DNA of 64,000 bases from Bdellovibrionales bacterium (GTDB taxonomy: Bacteria; Bdellovibrionota; Bdellovibrionia; Bdellovibrionales; UBA1609), in NCBI GenBank assembly GCA_965200875.1, contig OZ241456.1, positions 928,001 through 992,000 of the forward strand. Reading direction: 5' to 3'. A program made the position numbers and the translations under genes. Of the stretch, positions 1-9,837 are shown piece after piece; position 1 is the stretch's first letter, and each line of letters begins with the position of its first letter. The notes beneath the pieces were generated by a model. That model was not told the origin of the DNA. It ran no database searches and saw only the letters and a program-made list of their open reading frames with translations.

Positions 1-2
1 AA

Positions 3-185
3 CTTGTGCTTTCATCTTTTTCTGATACTGCACAATATCGACCTGCCGTCTGGGGAATTATCTATGGGTTTGGACTGTATGCTGGCTTTTGTATGGGCAC
101 GCATGCTATAGGGTATGGTTATGTGATGCTGTTCTGTTACCCTGTGTGGGCGTTTCTTGGTCCGCTCCCATATCAACCTTTTTGA
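3..185 (+). CDS. Possible 3' end of a membrane protein gene running in from the left edge
   Basis: Frame 3 is open from the edge to TGA at 183-185 and encodes a hydrophobic, Gly/aromatic-rich peptide (AVWGIIYGFGLYAGFCMG...VMLFCYPVWAFLGP). Confidence 0.35.
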   Translation, partial: LVLSSFSDTAQYRPAVWGIIYGFGLYAGFCMGTHAIGYGYVMLFCYPVWAFLGPLPYQPF

Positions 186-259
186 ATCAATCACTTTTAT
201 CAAATTTTTTACACTCAACTCTAAAACCTAGAGTTTTTAAATTCTTTTGAAATAAATTG

Positions 260-775
260 TTATTTGAAGTTTTCATTTTTCAGTTGTTTTATCTCTTCTT
301 CCGAAAATCCTGTCACTTCAGAAATAAGCTCAGCAGAAAGTTTTTTCTCCAGCATATTTAAAACAATCTGTTGTCGTCCCTGCTGGATACCTTCTTTTTT
401 GTCCTGTTGCATACCCTGTTGCATACCTTCTTGTCGCCCTTCCTCTTTAATGTGTTCTCTTATGTTCATATAACCTCCTTTTGAAAAAATACCTTTAATA
501 ACAGCCTCATGTTCCAACTTCTCCCATAATTCCTTTGTCATACCAGAAACAGACGACCAAAAATAATCTCCCACACTTAATACTAAATCCTCTTTGTCTC
601 CAGTCCAGTTATCAAATAACGAAACTATCTCTTTCAATTCCTTTTCTTCTGCTTTGAAAGACCATACTCTCTTTAATGCACTTAAAAAGCCACGACTCTT
701 AAAATTTTTGTCACAAATGGCTTTCTCTACTTTTGGATCATGAGTGTCTAAAACCCTTTCTGAAAAATAGACAGT
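260..775 (-). pseudogene. 5'-truncated Rpn-family (PD-(D/E)XK transposase-like) gene fragment
   Basis: C-terminus has the typical EEGRQEGMQQGMQQ...GRQQIVLNMLEKKLSAELISEVTGFSEEEIKQL tail. The frame stays open upstream of the listed start (RVLDTHDPKVEKAI...) but no N-terminal nuclease domain is present. The 5' limit is approximate. Confidence 0.7.
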
Positions 776-1204
776 TTACTTGGTTGTCTTTGAACAAGTA
801 TGTTTAACGGGGTAGCGTTCCTTCAATACTTCCCCCCGTGTGGTCTCAAAGATGCTGATAAAAATGTAGTATATCTTTATTTTGAACTTCAAAAATAAAA
901 AGTCAATCATTTTAATCATTTACATATTTTAAACCTTCTCAAAGGGCGAACTCAGGACACACCTATAATCCTAGAATAGTATAAAAAATTGACTATTATT
1001 TAGTCGGGTGTGAAAAAAGTTGTTATTTTTTTGGCCTTTTGGTTTTCAAGTAGAGGCAAAAAAGGTTTTTTATACCAGACTAATGTAGTTTTCTTTGTAT
1101 AAATGTGAAAATTAAGTTTTTTGTGATATGATCAATGTCCTGTGAAAAAGTATGTTTTTAACAAGAAGTAACGAACAACGAACAAAAACTAGGGAATAAA
1201 AATA

Positions 1205-1543
1205 ATGAAAGCTTTTATCAGAAAAAATAACAATAATGTGTTTATCATTGATTTAAAAGAGGAAGTGGATTTTGCTTCTGCAGAATCTTTTTATCAGACT
1301 TGTATGGGTGAGCTTTCTAAAAAGAATATTGTTTTTAATTTAAAAAATCTGAGCTTTGTCGGTTCAGATGGTCTGACCTCATTTATGAACACCATTAATG
1401 ATTTAAGGAGAAAATCCAGTCTGCATTTCTGTTGTGTGGGTTCAGAGTTTCGAAAGGTCTTCGCGGAAAGTGAAATAAAAGACATTGCCATTTATGATGA
1501 TGAGCAATCCGCCACTGTGGCTTTTCGTCAGGATTTTGAATAA
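1205..1543 (+). CDS. STAS-domain anti-sigma factor antagonist
   Basis: 112 aa; IIDLKEEVDF, IVFNLKNLSFVGSDGL (phosphorylatable Ser motif) and IYDDEQSA fit the STAS pattern. Confidence 0.8.
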   Translation: MKAFIRKNNNNVFIIDLKEEVDFASAESFYQTCMGELSKKNIVFNLKNLSFVGSDGLTSFMNTINDLRRKSSLHFCCVGSEFRKVFAESEIKDIAIYDDEQSATVAFRQDFE

Positions 1544-1579
1544 ACAAATTTTATCAGCAAATTACTTAATAATCTCTAT

Positions 1580-2191
1580 ATGAAAAAATATCCTAGTGTT
1601 AACTGGAAAGTGTTTCAACCTCAACCGGTTGTTGGTGTGGATGAAGCCGGACGGGGTTGTTTAGCTGGCCCAGTGTTTGCCTCGGCAGTCATTTTGAAAA
1701 CAGATGATTCTTATACAGATTCAAAACAGATTCCTCCTGAAATAAGAAAGAAGATGGCGGAGATGATTATAAAAAAACATATATATGCTATAGGAATGGC
1801 CACTGTGGAGGAAATTGAAAGGCTCAATATTTTACAGGCAACTTTCCTCGCAATGAAAAGAGCTGTTATGCGGTTATCGATTCAGACAGGTCATGTTTTA
1901 GTGGATGGTAATGCTTTAATACCTGCTCTTCCAGAAAAATTTCAACAAACAGCTTTTGTTAAAGGGGATCAACGGGTAGCTCCCATTTCTGGAGCTAGTA
2001 TTGTTGCCAAAGTAAAAAGAGATGAATGGATTACCAAGCAAGATCATAAATTTCCTCAATACGGTTTTGCTAGGCACAAAGGTTATGCCACTGTTCAACA
2101 CCGAAAAGCTATTGCTCAATATGGTCCTTGTGCTCTTCATCGAAAAACATTTTCTGGTGTAAAAGAATATTTAAGTGATAAAGTCTTTTAG
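1580..2191 (+). CDS. rnhB: Ribonuclease HII
   Basis: GVDEAGRGCLAGPV, DSKQ, VLVDGN, KGD, ASIVAKVKRD and HKGYAT motifs. Confidence 0.97.
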   Translation: MKKYPSVNWKVFQPQPVVGVDEAGRGCLAGPVFASAVILKTDDSYTDSKQIPPEIRKKMAEMIIKKHIYAIGMATVEEIERLNILQATFLAMKRAVMRLSIQTGHVLVDGNALIPALPEKFQQTAFVKGDQRVAPISGASIVAKVKRDEWITKQDHKFPQYGFARHKGYATVQHRKAIAQYGPCALHRKTFSGVKEYLSDKVF

Positions 2192-2223
2192 GGGTGTTAT
2201 TCTCGAGTCACAAAAATCTCTTC

Positions 2224-3843
2224 TTATATTGTAGTGTATTCAGGTTCGCAGGTTTTCAGGCATTCCTGATTTTCAAGGTAAATTTCCCGGTCTCGACAGG
2301 CGGGCACTTTGGAGGAATGACGGACAATGGATATCTCATTAATATTTATATGTGTTTCCATTCCAAATATTTTATAACAAGCTCTGGAAGCTATTCTCTG
2401 CAATCCTCTTTTGATTGTGTGCAGTCCATCTGCTGCGTCTCTTATGTGCATGCGATTAATGCCAACGCCGTTATTATGAGCACTACTTTGAATGATGCTG
2501 AATTGAAAATTACTTAATTTGACTGTCTTAGAATGGCACTGATCAGAGTTGGTGATATTATTTAGACCAAAAGGATCACGACCTGTAAATTCCACTATGA
2601 AAACATGAGAATTGGATGCGATGATATCTCCCGGTTGGATAGGGTTTTGCACTGTGATATCCTGTTGCTTCAAGCAAGAGAGTTTGTTTCTTTCTGCGGT
2701 TTTAAACATCCAAGAGTTTATGCCTTTTACATGAATCGGACGGATAAACACCTTTTGCTTTAATCTTAGCCCTGCACTGGCCATTGCGCTGGTCACGAAA
2801 CCAGAACAATCTACGCCAAGAGATTTTGATCCGGAACCGGAGTTTCTGAATAAATTAATGGAACTCATGGAAGTGGAAGGTTTGCCACCATAATCGTAAA
2901 TCAAAGGTGTACTATGAACATTCGTGCACTGGTTATTATTTGGTATATCGATCTGACTCAGGTAATAATGTGTGTTATTCACATCTCTTAAACTGGTGAC
3001 GACTCTTCGCCATCCATTTCCACTGGGATGTCTGGAACTGGCTCGAATGCCTTTCGTGTTATAGTCAACAGGCATTAGCTCCAAATCCAAAACAGAACAA
3101 CTTTGGTAAGCGGTGGACATGACTTTTCTGGCTCCATAGACCAAAGGATGAACAGATTTTCTCATTTTATGGAACCAAGCTATATCCCATTCTGACAAGT
3201 GGCTACTGGAAGTGGAGTCAGTGGAGGTATCAGAGGAATGAGAAGAATCTGTATTGTTTGTGTCGTCTGTGTCCGCATAAATTTCTTCTTCCTTACAACC
3301 TTGATTCAGTGCTTTTGCATTTTCATCCAGTTCTTCAAAGGTTTGCGTTAATTTGTTTATGAAATCAGTGTGGCTTTGTTCCACAACTCCATGTTCAAAC
3401 TGAACCAATGTGGTAGTTGTTTCATCTTCCTGATGTGTGTTCATAAACTCAGTGACTAAAGCGTAGATTTCCACAAATCGCAAAGCGAATTTTTGAATAT
3501 CCTCTTTTGAAGCAGGGTGTTCTTTCATTAGCTCCTGAATCCGTTTGATAATTGTTTTTTTCACTGTATAGTAAGGAGGTGGTTTGCCATTTTCAATAGA
3601 TACAATTTTATAAATGTAGTTCCATACATAAGCTTGAAAATCCTGGCATCCGGCTTTGTTGAGAATGGATTTAAAGTCTGAATAATCCACGATCATCTCT
3701 TCGTCTTCTTTGGAGGAGATATTCAGTTCCCCATTCAGCCTCCCGCCATTCCTTATATTTAAAGGAGCGCATGTGATGAGCAGTAATCCTACAATGAGGC
3801 TTGAGAGCAAATAATATAATTTTGAGGGGTTAAATTTAGCCAT
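2224..3843 (-). CDS. Putative exported/lipoprotein with C-terminal NlpC/P60-like papain-fold domain
   Basis: N-terminal hydrophobic segment ending LITC; YDYGGK...GVDCSGFV...PGDII...SHVFIV gives a Cys-His dyad pattern. Confidence 0.6.
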   Translation of the reverse strand: MAKFNPSKLYYLLSSLIVGLLLITCAPLNIRNGGRLNGELNISSKEDEEMIVDYSDFKSILNKAGCQDFQAYVWNYIYKIVSIENGKPPPYYTVKKTIIKRIQELMKEHPASKEDIQKFALRFVEIYALVTEFMNTHQEDETTTTLVQFEHGVVEQSHTDFINKLTQTFEELDENAKALNQGCKEEEIYADTDDTNNTDSSHSSDTSTDSTSSSHLSEWDIAWFHKMRKSVHPLVYGARKVMSTAYQSCSVLDLELMPVDYNTKGIRASSRHPSGNGWRRVVTSLRDVNNTHYYLSQIDIPNNNQCTNVHSTPLIYDYGGKPSTSMSSINLFRNSGSGSKSLGVDCSGFVTSAMASAGLRLKQKVFIRPIHVKGINSWMFKTAERNKLSCLKQQDITVQNPIQPGDIIASNSHVFIVEFTGRDPFGLNNITNSDQCHSKTVKLSNFQFSIIQSSAHNNGVGINRMHIRDAADGLHTIKRGLQRIASRACYKIFGMETHININEISIVRHSSKVPACRDREIYLENQECLKTCEPEYTTI

Positions 3844-3981
3844 TTCATTGTTTTTAATCGGTAAAACAAAGTAGTGACTGAATTTTTTTACGATTGGTTT
3901 TCAATGTTTTTTGATTTTTTGTGACATAGATCTATATGGATGATTGACTGACTCTTAAGTCTCGGATAGAAGAGGATTACT

Positions 3982-6729
3982 GTGCGAGCGAAGAAACTTA
4001 CCCCTTTAATGAGACAATATTGGCAAATTAAATCCCTCCATAAAGATAAAATTCTTTTGTTTAGAATGGGGGATTTTTTTGAGATGTTTTATGAGGACGC
4101 AGAAAAAGCGGCCCCGATTCTTAATATTGCTTTAACAGCGAGAAACAAAAAAGCCTCTGATGAAGTTAAAATGTGTGGAGTGCCTCATCATAGTGTGGCA
4201 GGGCCTATTGGCAAGTTGTTGGCAGAGGGCCTTAAAGTGGCTATTTGTGACCAAGTGGAACCTGTATCCCAGGCAAAAGGTCTGGTTAAAAGAGCAGTTA
4301 CACGCATTTTAACCCCTGGAATGGTTTATGATCCTGAGAGTTTGGATCAGCTGAGTGCACATTATCTTTGTGCTTTTGACGAAAGTGCAGTTAGTTTTAC
4401 AGATATTTCAACGGGTGAGGCTTTTTATTATCTTTCCACCGACAAAAAAGTAAAATGGCGGATTATTCGGCTTTTAAATCCGGTAGAGCTGATCCTGACA
4501 CCGGAACAAAAGGAAACAGTTTTTTCCAAAAAGGAATGGGAGGCATTCCATGTTACTGTTTTCGAAGAAAAACAAAACGCAGGGATATCAGCTTGTTACT
4601 TCTCTCACTTAAAATCTGCTGTTGTTACACCCTCCCCGGAAGATGCTACTTCTTTGAAGGAGCTATCAGTTTCGCAAAAACAGGAATTCCCTCCGTACAC
4701 AGATGAAAACCTTTTAAAGACCGTCAGCATTCGCAAGCAAAAATCCACATTGCCTTCCTATGCAAAAAGCTCTTTATCCATACCCGAAAGTGCTAAGCGT
4801 CTTCTGAACTACATTATGGCTCAACAGGGAAAAGAGGTTCTTACAGTTATTCAACCTTTTCAGGAACGAAATGTTGGCCAGGAAATGTGGTTTTCCAGTC
4901 AAGCGCAGGAACATCTGGAGTTGTTTAAAACATACGATGGAGATAAAAAGGGCAGTCTGTTTTCCGCAGTTAATCGCGCTAAAACTCCACCCGGCGCGCG
5001 TCTTTTAAAGTCGCGTCTTCGCAATCCTTCCACAAATCAAAAGGAAATAGAAGAGAGAATCAAAGCCGTGGGGCAGTGGATAGAGCGAGCGGATAAAATA
5101 GAAAAAATCAGAAATCTGCTTTTTCATATAGGGGATATTGAAAGAAAATTGGGAAAAATATCTCATCCTCAGTGTAACGGAAGGGATCTTTTAACTGTAG
5201 CGGAATCCTTGCGAATTGGTTTGGAATTGATTTCTTTGGATCAATCTTTATGTGTATCTTCTGTCGCACTGGATTCTGCTCGAGAACTGATTAATGAAAT
5301 AGGAAACACTATTCGCCCAGACGCTCCAGTGGGAACACAAACTGGAAACATGATTCAAAAAGGGGTTTCAGAAGAGTTGGATCATCTGATTGAGGAAGCA
5401 GAGAAAAGACAATCCAGTCTGCGTCGTTTGGAAGAGAGAGAAAGAGTACAAACGGGTATTCCATCCTTGAAAATTCGCTATAATAATATTTTTGGCTATT
5501 ACATTGAAGTGACTAAAACACATTCTAAAAAAACACCTGCCCATTATATTCGAAAGCAGACTCTGACTCAGGCAGAGAGATATACAACAGAACAATTACA
5601 AAAAATAGAGGCAAAAATTCTTTCCTCGCGTGCATTGCGAATAGAAATGGAGTTTCGTGTTTTTGAAGATTTGAGACAAAAAGTGATGGGGGCTTTGTCT
5701 GATTTGTTTCATTTGTCTCGTATTATCTGTGAAATGGATTTGAATGTTGCTTTTGCCTATTTGGCTATTGAACAGTCTTATGTGCGACCTTGTCTTTCGT
5801 CTGATAATCAGATGGTATTGGTAAACAGTCGTCATCCAGTGGTGGAACAAAATCAGAACCAGCATTTTATTCCTAACACCATTCGCATGAAAAGCGGGGA
5901 GTGTTTGCTTTTAACTGGTCCTAACATGGCGGGGAAAAGCACTCTCATGCGTCAGGTGGCTCTTAGTGTGATTCTGGCTCAGGCAGGTTGTTTCGTGCCA
6001 GCGGAACAAGCTTTGCTACCGGTGTTTACAAGGATTTTTACCCGTATTGGTGCAAGTGATTCCCTTTCCCAGGGGCTTTCAACTTTTATGGTGGAAATGA
6101 AAGAATCTGTTGAAATTCTTAAACAGGCGAACGAAAATTCACTAATTGTATTGGATGAGATTGGAAGAGGGACATCCACTTATGATGGGATGAGCTTGGC
6201 TCAAGCCATATTGGAGTTTTTAATCGAGAAGAAAAAAAGCCTTGTTTTTTTTGCCACTCATTACCATGAGCTGACGACTTTGGCTAAAGTATTCCCTAAA
6301 ATCAGGAATGCACATTTGAGTGTGAGTGAAAAATCGGGGCAAATTAATTTTCTATACACTTTGGTGCCAGGTGCTTTAGCACAATCTTATGGTGTTCATG
6401 TAGCCCGTTTGGCTGGTTTTCCCTTGGAAGTGGTGGAGAGAGCAGAGGCACTATTGCGAGCACGGGAAAGCTCTTCTGTTTTAAATGCACATCGTGCCAG
6501 CCAAAAAAGTAAAAATGTATTGATTGAAGATTCTCCTACTGGTTCTTCTTCCGGCACTGATTCTTCTTCTCGGCCTTCTCATTCCCTTTCAGAGAAGGAA
6601 AAAATAAGAAGCCTGCTTTTGAAGAAACTGGCGCAGGAGATAAAATCTTATCCTCTTCAGGAGAAAAGCCCTTTGGAAACCATGAACGCTGTAGCAGGAT
6701 GGAAAAAAGAAATTACGGAAAAATCCTAA
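3982..6729 (+). CDS. mutS: DNA mismatch repair protein MutS
   Basis: TPLMRQY, LFRMGDFFEMF, TGPNMAGKST, STFMVEM, DEIGRGTST, FATHYHEL and SYGVHVARLAG motifs. Confidence 0.97.
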   Translation: MRAKKLTPLMRQYWQIKSLHKDKILLFRMGDFFEMFYEDAEKAAPILNIALTARNKKASDEVKMCGVPHHSVAGPIGKLLAEGLKVAICDQVEPVSQAKGLVKRAVTRILTPGMVYDPESLDQLSAHYLCAFDESAVSFTDISTGEAFYYLSTDKKVKWRIIRLLNPVELILTPEQKETVFSKKEWEAFHVTVFEEKQNAGISACYFSHLKSAVVTPSPEDATSLKELSVSQKQEFPPYTDENLLKTVSIRKQKSTLPSYAKSSLSIPESAKRLLNYIMAQQGKEVLTVIQPFQERNVGQEMWFSSQAQEHLELFKTYDGDKKGSLFSAVNRAKTPPGARLLKSRLRNPSTNQKEIEERIKAVGQWIERADKIEKIRNLLFHIGDIERKLGKISHPQCNGRDLLTVAESLRIGLELISLDQSLCVSSVALDSARELINEIGNTIRPDAPVGTQTGNMIQKGVSEELDHLIEEAEKRQSSLRRLEERERVQTGIPSLKIRYNNIFGYYIEVTKTHSKKTPAHYIRKQTLTQAERYTTEQLQKIEAKILSSRALRIEMEFRVFEDLRQKVMGALSDLFHLSRIICEMDLNVAFAYLAIEQSYVRPCLSSDNQMVLVNSRHPVVEQNQNQHFIPNTIRMKSGECLLLTGPNMAGKSTLMRQVALSVILAQAGCFVPAEQALLPVFTRIFTRIGASDSLSQGLSTFMVEMKESVEILKQANENSLIVLDEIGRGTSTYDGMSLAQAILEFLIEKKKSLVFFATHYHELTTLAKVFPKIRNAHLSVSEKSGQINFLYTLVPGALAQSYGVHVARLAGFPLEVVERAEALLRARESSSVLNAHRASQKSKNVLIEDSPTGSSSGTDSSSRPSHSLSEKEKIRSLLLKKLAQEIKSYPLQEKSPLETMNAVAGWKKEITEKS

Positions 6730-6815
6730 CCCTTATTGAAAAGTTACCTAGTTATGGAGGGCGTGTTTAAGAATATTCTTGTTTTTTTTGATCTTGTGAT
6801 GTAATTTTTGAATCT

Positions 6816-8291
6816 ATGATTACTTTACTTTTTGTTTTTTTATCTGGTTTGTTGTTAGGTGCTGTTTCGGTTTATCTGTGGCTGAACAAAAAACAAAGCC
6901 CTTTGCAGATAAAGATGGAAAAAGAGCACGCGGAAAGAGAAAGAGATAAATTGCGGGTTGAAAATGAAGATTACAGGCAAAAAGAAATTAGCTGGATAGA
7001 GCAGTCTTCCTCCCTAAAAAGCCGGGAGGAGCAAAAAACCAGAGACTTAGAAAATCAGGAGCAACTTTATAAAGAAAAAATTCAAGAAAAAGAGTCGCGT
7101 TTTGAAAAAGAGCTGAGTCATCAGAAATCTCATTATGAGGAAAAGTTACAAAATCAACAATCTCAGTTTGAGAATCAAAGAGAAGCCGAAAAAAAGTTTT
7201 ATACGGAAAGAGAAGAGCATTTTAAACAGTTGGCGGAAAAAGCAAAAATTGAGTTTGAAAACACAGCTAAAAAGATTTTTTTGGAGAGCACAAAATCTTA
7301 CGGAGAAGAGTCTTCAAAAAATCTTTCTCAAATTCTCAAACCTTTTAAAGAGGACATTGAAGGTTTTAAAAAGTCTGTTCAAAGTTTTGAAAGTAAAGAA
7401 AAATTTTTGGATCAGACGATCAATAACTTCAAGGATATAAATTTGGAAATGAGAGGTGAGACAAAGAAACTCACTCAAGCTCTTAAAGGGGATATAAAAA
7501 CCCAAGGGCAATGGGGAGAATTTGTGTTGGCGAATATCCTTGAAAAATCGGGGTTGAGAAAAAATGAGGAGTTTTTAACCAACAAGCAAAAAATGGATAT
7601 AAAAGATGATAAAGGTTCTTCCATTAAACCTGATGTGATTATTAAACTGCCTGATAACAAACAAATTGTCATAGATTCCAAAGTGTCTCTGACTCATTAC
7701 CAAGAATACCTTTCATCAGATACAGAAGAGCAAAGAGGAAAATGTTTAATGAAAATTTTAAACTCTGTCAGCACGCATATAGATAACTTATCCTCCAAAA
7801 AATATTCATTTGCTGAAGGGCTGAGGACACCTGATTTTACTTTGATGTTTATTCCCAATGAAGGAATATTTTCTCTTGTGACACAAGCTAAAAAAGATCT
7901 TTTTGAAAAAGCGTGGAATCAATCCATTGTTTTGGTCAGTCCAACGACTTTATATGCCACTTTAAGAACAGTGGCTTCAATATGGAAAATAGAAAGGCAA
8001 AATAAAAATGCCAAACAAATTGCCAGAGAAAGTGGCTTGCTTTATGATAAATTTATAGGTTTTTTAAATGATATGAACAGTATCGAAAAAGGGCTTGATA
8101 GTGCTCAGAAAAATTATGATCAAGCTTTTAAAAAACTTAAAACTGGCAGAGGAAGTTTAATTGGAAAAGTGGAAAGAATTAAAACCTTAGGTGCGAATAC
8201 AAGTAAAGTTCTGCCGGAAACTTTTCGACAGGAAAAGGATAAAATAGAAGATGACAGCATTCCCTCGGCTAACAGCCCAGCACTGGAATAA
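6816..8291 (+). CDS. rmuC: DNA recombination protein RmuC
   Basis: N-terminal TM helix and coiled coil; KTQGQWGE..L..ILEKSGL, PDVIIKLPD, VIDSKVSL, DFTLMFIPNE and LVSPTTL. Confidence 0.93.
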   Translation: MITLLFVFLSGLLLGAVSVYLWLNKKQSPLQIKMEKEHAERERDKLRVENEDYRQKEISWIEQSSSLKSREEQKTRDLENQEQLYKEKIQEKESRFEKELSHQKSHYEEKLQNQQSQFENQREAEKKFYTEREEHFKQLAEKAKIEFENTAKKIFLESTKSYGEESSKNLSQILKPFKEDIEGFKKSVQSFESKEKFLDQTINNFKDINLEMRGETKKLTQALKGDIKTQGQWGEFVLANILEKSGLRKNEEFLTNKQKMDIKDDKGSSIKPDVIIKLPDNKQIVIDSKVSLTHYQEYLSSDTEEQRGKCLMKILNSVSTHIDNLSSKKYSFAEGLRTPDFTLMFIPNEGIFSLVTQAKKDLFEKAWNQSIVLVSPTTLYATLRTVASIWKIERQNKNAKQIARESGLLYDKFIGFLNDMNSIEKGLDSAQKNYDQAFKKLKTGRGSLIGKVERIKTLGANTSKVLPETFRQEKDKIEDDSIPSANSPALE

Positions 8292-8413
8292 ATCAACAGG
8301 GAAATTGTGGATGTTCAATTAATCGCTTAAGTCTCAAAGCTTTTGCTTACTGGTAACGACTACTTTTAACTGAGAATGGAAATATTTTTCATCCAAACAG
8401 GAGATATAAAAAT

Positions 8414-9832
8414 ATGGCTGATAAAAAAACGAGTCCAAAAAAGAAAAAACTTCCTGCAAATCGCTCCATGACTTTCAGTATCAAGAATGTTCGTTGTTTT
8501 GCGGAAACACAGGATCTAAAAATCAAACCTCTTACTTTTTTAACCGGGGAAAACAGCACAGGAAAAACCACTATCTTGGGCTGTTTTCATATTGCTAGTA
8601 AATTAATAAGATCGCGATCTTTTTGGAGCGGTTCTCCTAACTTTAATCGAACACCCTATGAAATGGGATCCTTTAATGATATTGTTAGAAATATTCCCAG
8701 CAGTGGCCAGCTTTCTGACCTTTCTGAAGGAAAGTCTAAATCAAAAGAGCAAAAAAAACCTGCAAATTCTGAATTTGAGTTGGGACTGCTTTCTGAAGAG
8801 CTAAAAGCGCAATGTATTATTTCTTTTAAAAAGAAAACAAAAGGGGAAGAACCAAACATCAAAAGCATAACAATGAAAACTTTTGAGGGTAATGATAACC
8901 CTTCTCTCACTTTTGATTACAAAAAATTTCTTATTACTGGGTCTTCAAAAAAACATAAAACTTCTTCTATTCTGTTTAAAGATATTGATAAAGATATTAT
9001 AGATATTCCCTATATACCCCCTTCTATTTTATTGTATTTAATCAGAAAAAAAAAGGTGGTAGGTAAGACAAAAAAAGCTGAGGAATCTCACTTAATAAAG
9101 GTTCTTAAGAAGTTTGAGAGTATGATACATTCCATTTTTAGCCCTTTTCAAAAGTCTTTTATTACTATAGCTCCTGTGCGTTCAAAGCCTCAAAGGACTT
9201 ATAACTCTATGAGAGAAAGCATGGATCCAGAAGGTAAGGAAATCCCCATGATTTTAATGCTTCTTAATGCCAATGAAGAAAAAGAATGGAAAAAGCTTTA
9301 TAGTAATTTACTGAAGTTTGGTAAGTTTTCAGGACTTTTCTCTGATATTAAAGTTAAAAGGTTTGAGGAATCCACAAGTGGCCCGTTTCAGTTGCGGTTT
9401 GAAGTCAAAGGGGTTACGTCCAATATGATTGATACAGGTTATGGTATAAGCCAAATACTGCCTTTGCTTGTACATATCTTTTGTGCTCCAAAAGAATATC
9501 AGTTTTTACTTCAACAGCCAGAGGTGCATTTGCACCCCAAGGCACAGGCAGAGCTTTCCTCTTTGTTGATTCAAAGTATAAAAACCAAAAAACATTCTTT
9601 TATGGTGGAAACGCATAGTGACTACATGGTGGACAGAGCGCGCATAGAAATCCAAAAAGGAACTATCTCTCCTGATGATGTGTCTTTAATATACTTGGAA
9701 CACACAAAGGATGGCTCTGTAAAAGCACACAATATATCTTTTGATAAACAAGGGAATGTGTTAAACGCCCCTTCCGGTTATCGGGATTTTTTTCTAAAAG
9801 AAACTGATCGAGTTTTGGGATTGGGAGATTAA
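8414..9832 (+). CDS. Soluble ABC/AAA_15-AAA_21-type ATPase with DUF3696-like C-terminus
   Basis: Walker A GENSTGKT, signature GYGISQILP, Walker B/D-loop LLQQPEVHLHP, H-loop VETHSD, and tail ISFDKQGNVLNAPSGYRDFF. Confidence 0.8.
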   Translation: MADKKTSPKKKKLPANRSMTFSIKNVRCFAETQDLKIKPLTFLTGENSTGKTTILGCFHIASKLIRSRSFWSGSPNFNRTPYEMGSFNDIVRNIPSSGQLSDLSEGKSKSKEQKKPANSEFELGLLSEELKAQCIISFKKKTKGEEPNIKSITMKTFEGNDNPSLTFDYKKFLITGSSKKHKTSSILFKDIDKDIIDIPYIPPSILLYLIRKKKVVGKTKKAEESHLIKVLKKFESMIHSIFSPFQKSFITIAPVRSKPQRTYNSMRESMDPEGKEIPMILMLLNANEEKEWKKLYSNLLKFGKFSGLFSDIKVKRFEESTSGPFQLRFEVKGVTSNMIDTGYGISQILPLLVHIFCAPKEYQFLLQQPEVHLHPKAQAELSSLLIQSIKTKKHSFMVETHSDYMVDRARIEIQKGTISPDDVSLIYLEHTKDGSVKAHNISFDKQGNVLNAPSGYRDFFLKETDRVLGLGD

Positions 9833-9837
9833 GCCTG

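Noticed and set aside
876..899. AT-rich inverted repeat TTTATTTTGAA-C-TTCAAAAATAAA
   Set aside because: Imperfect and plausible by chance in AT-rich DNA; no function assignable.
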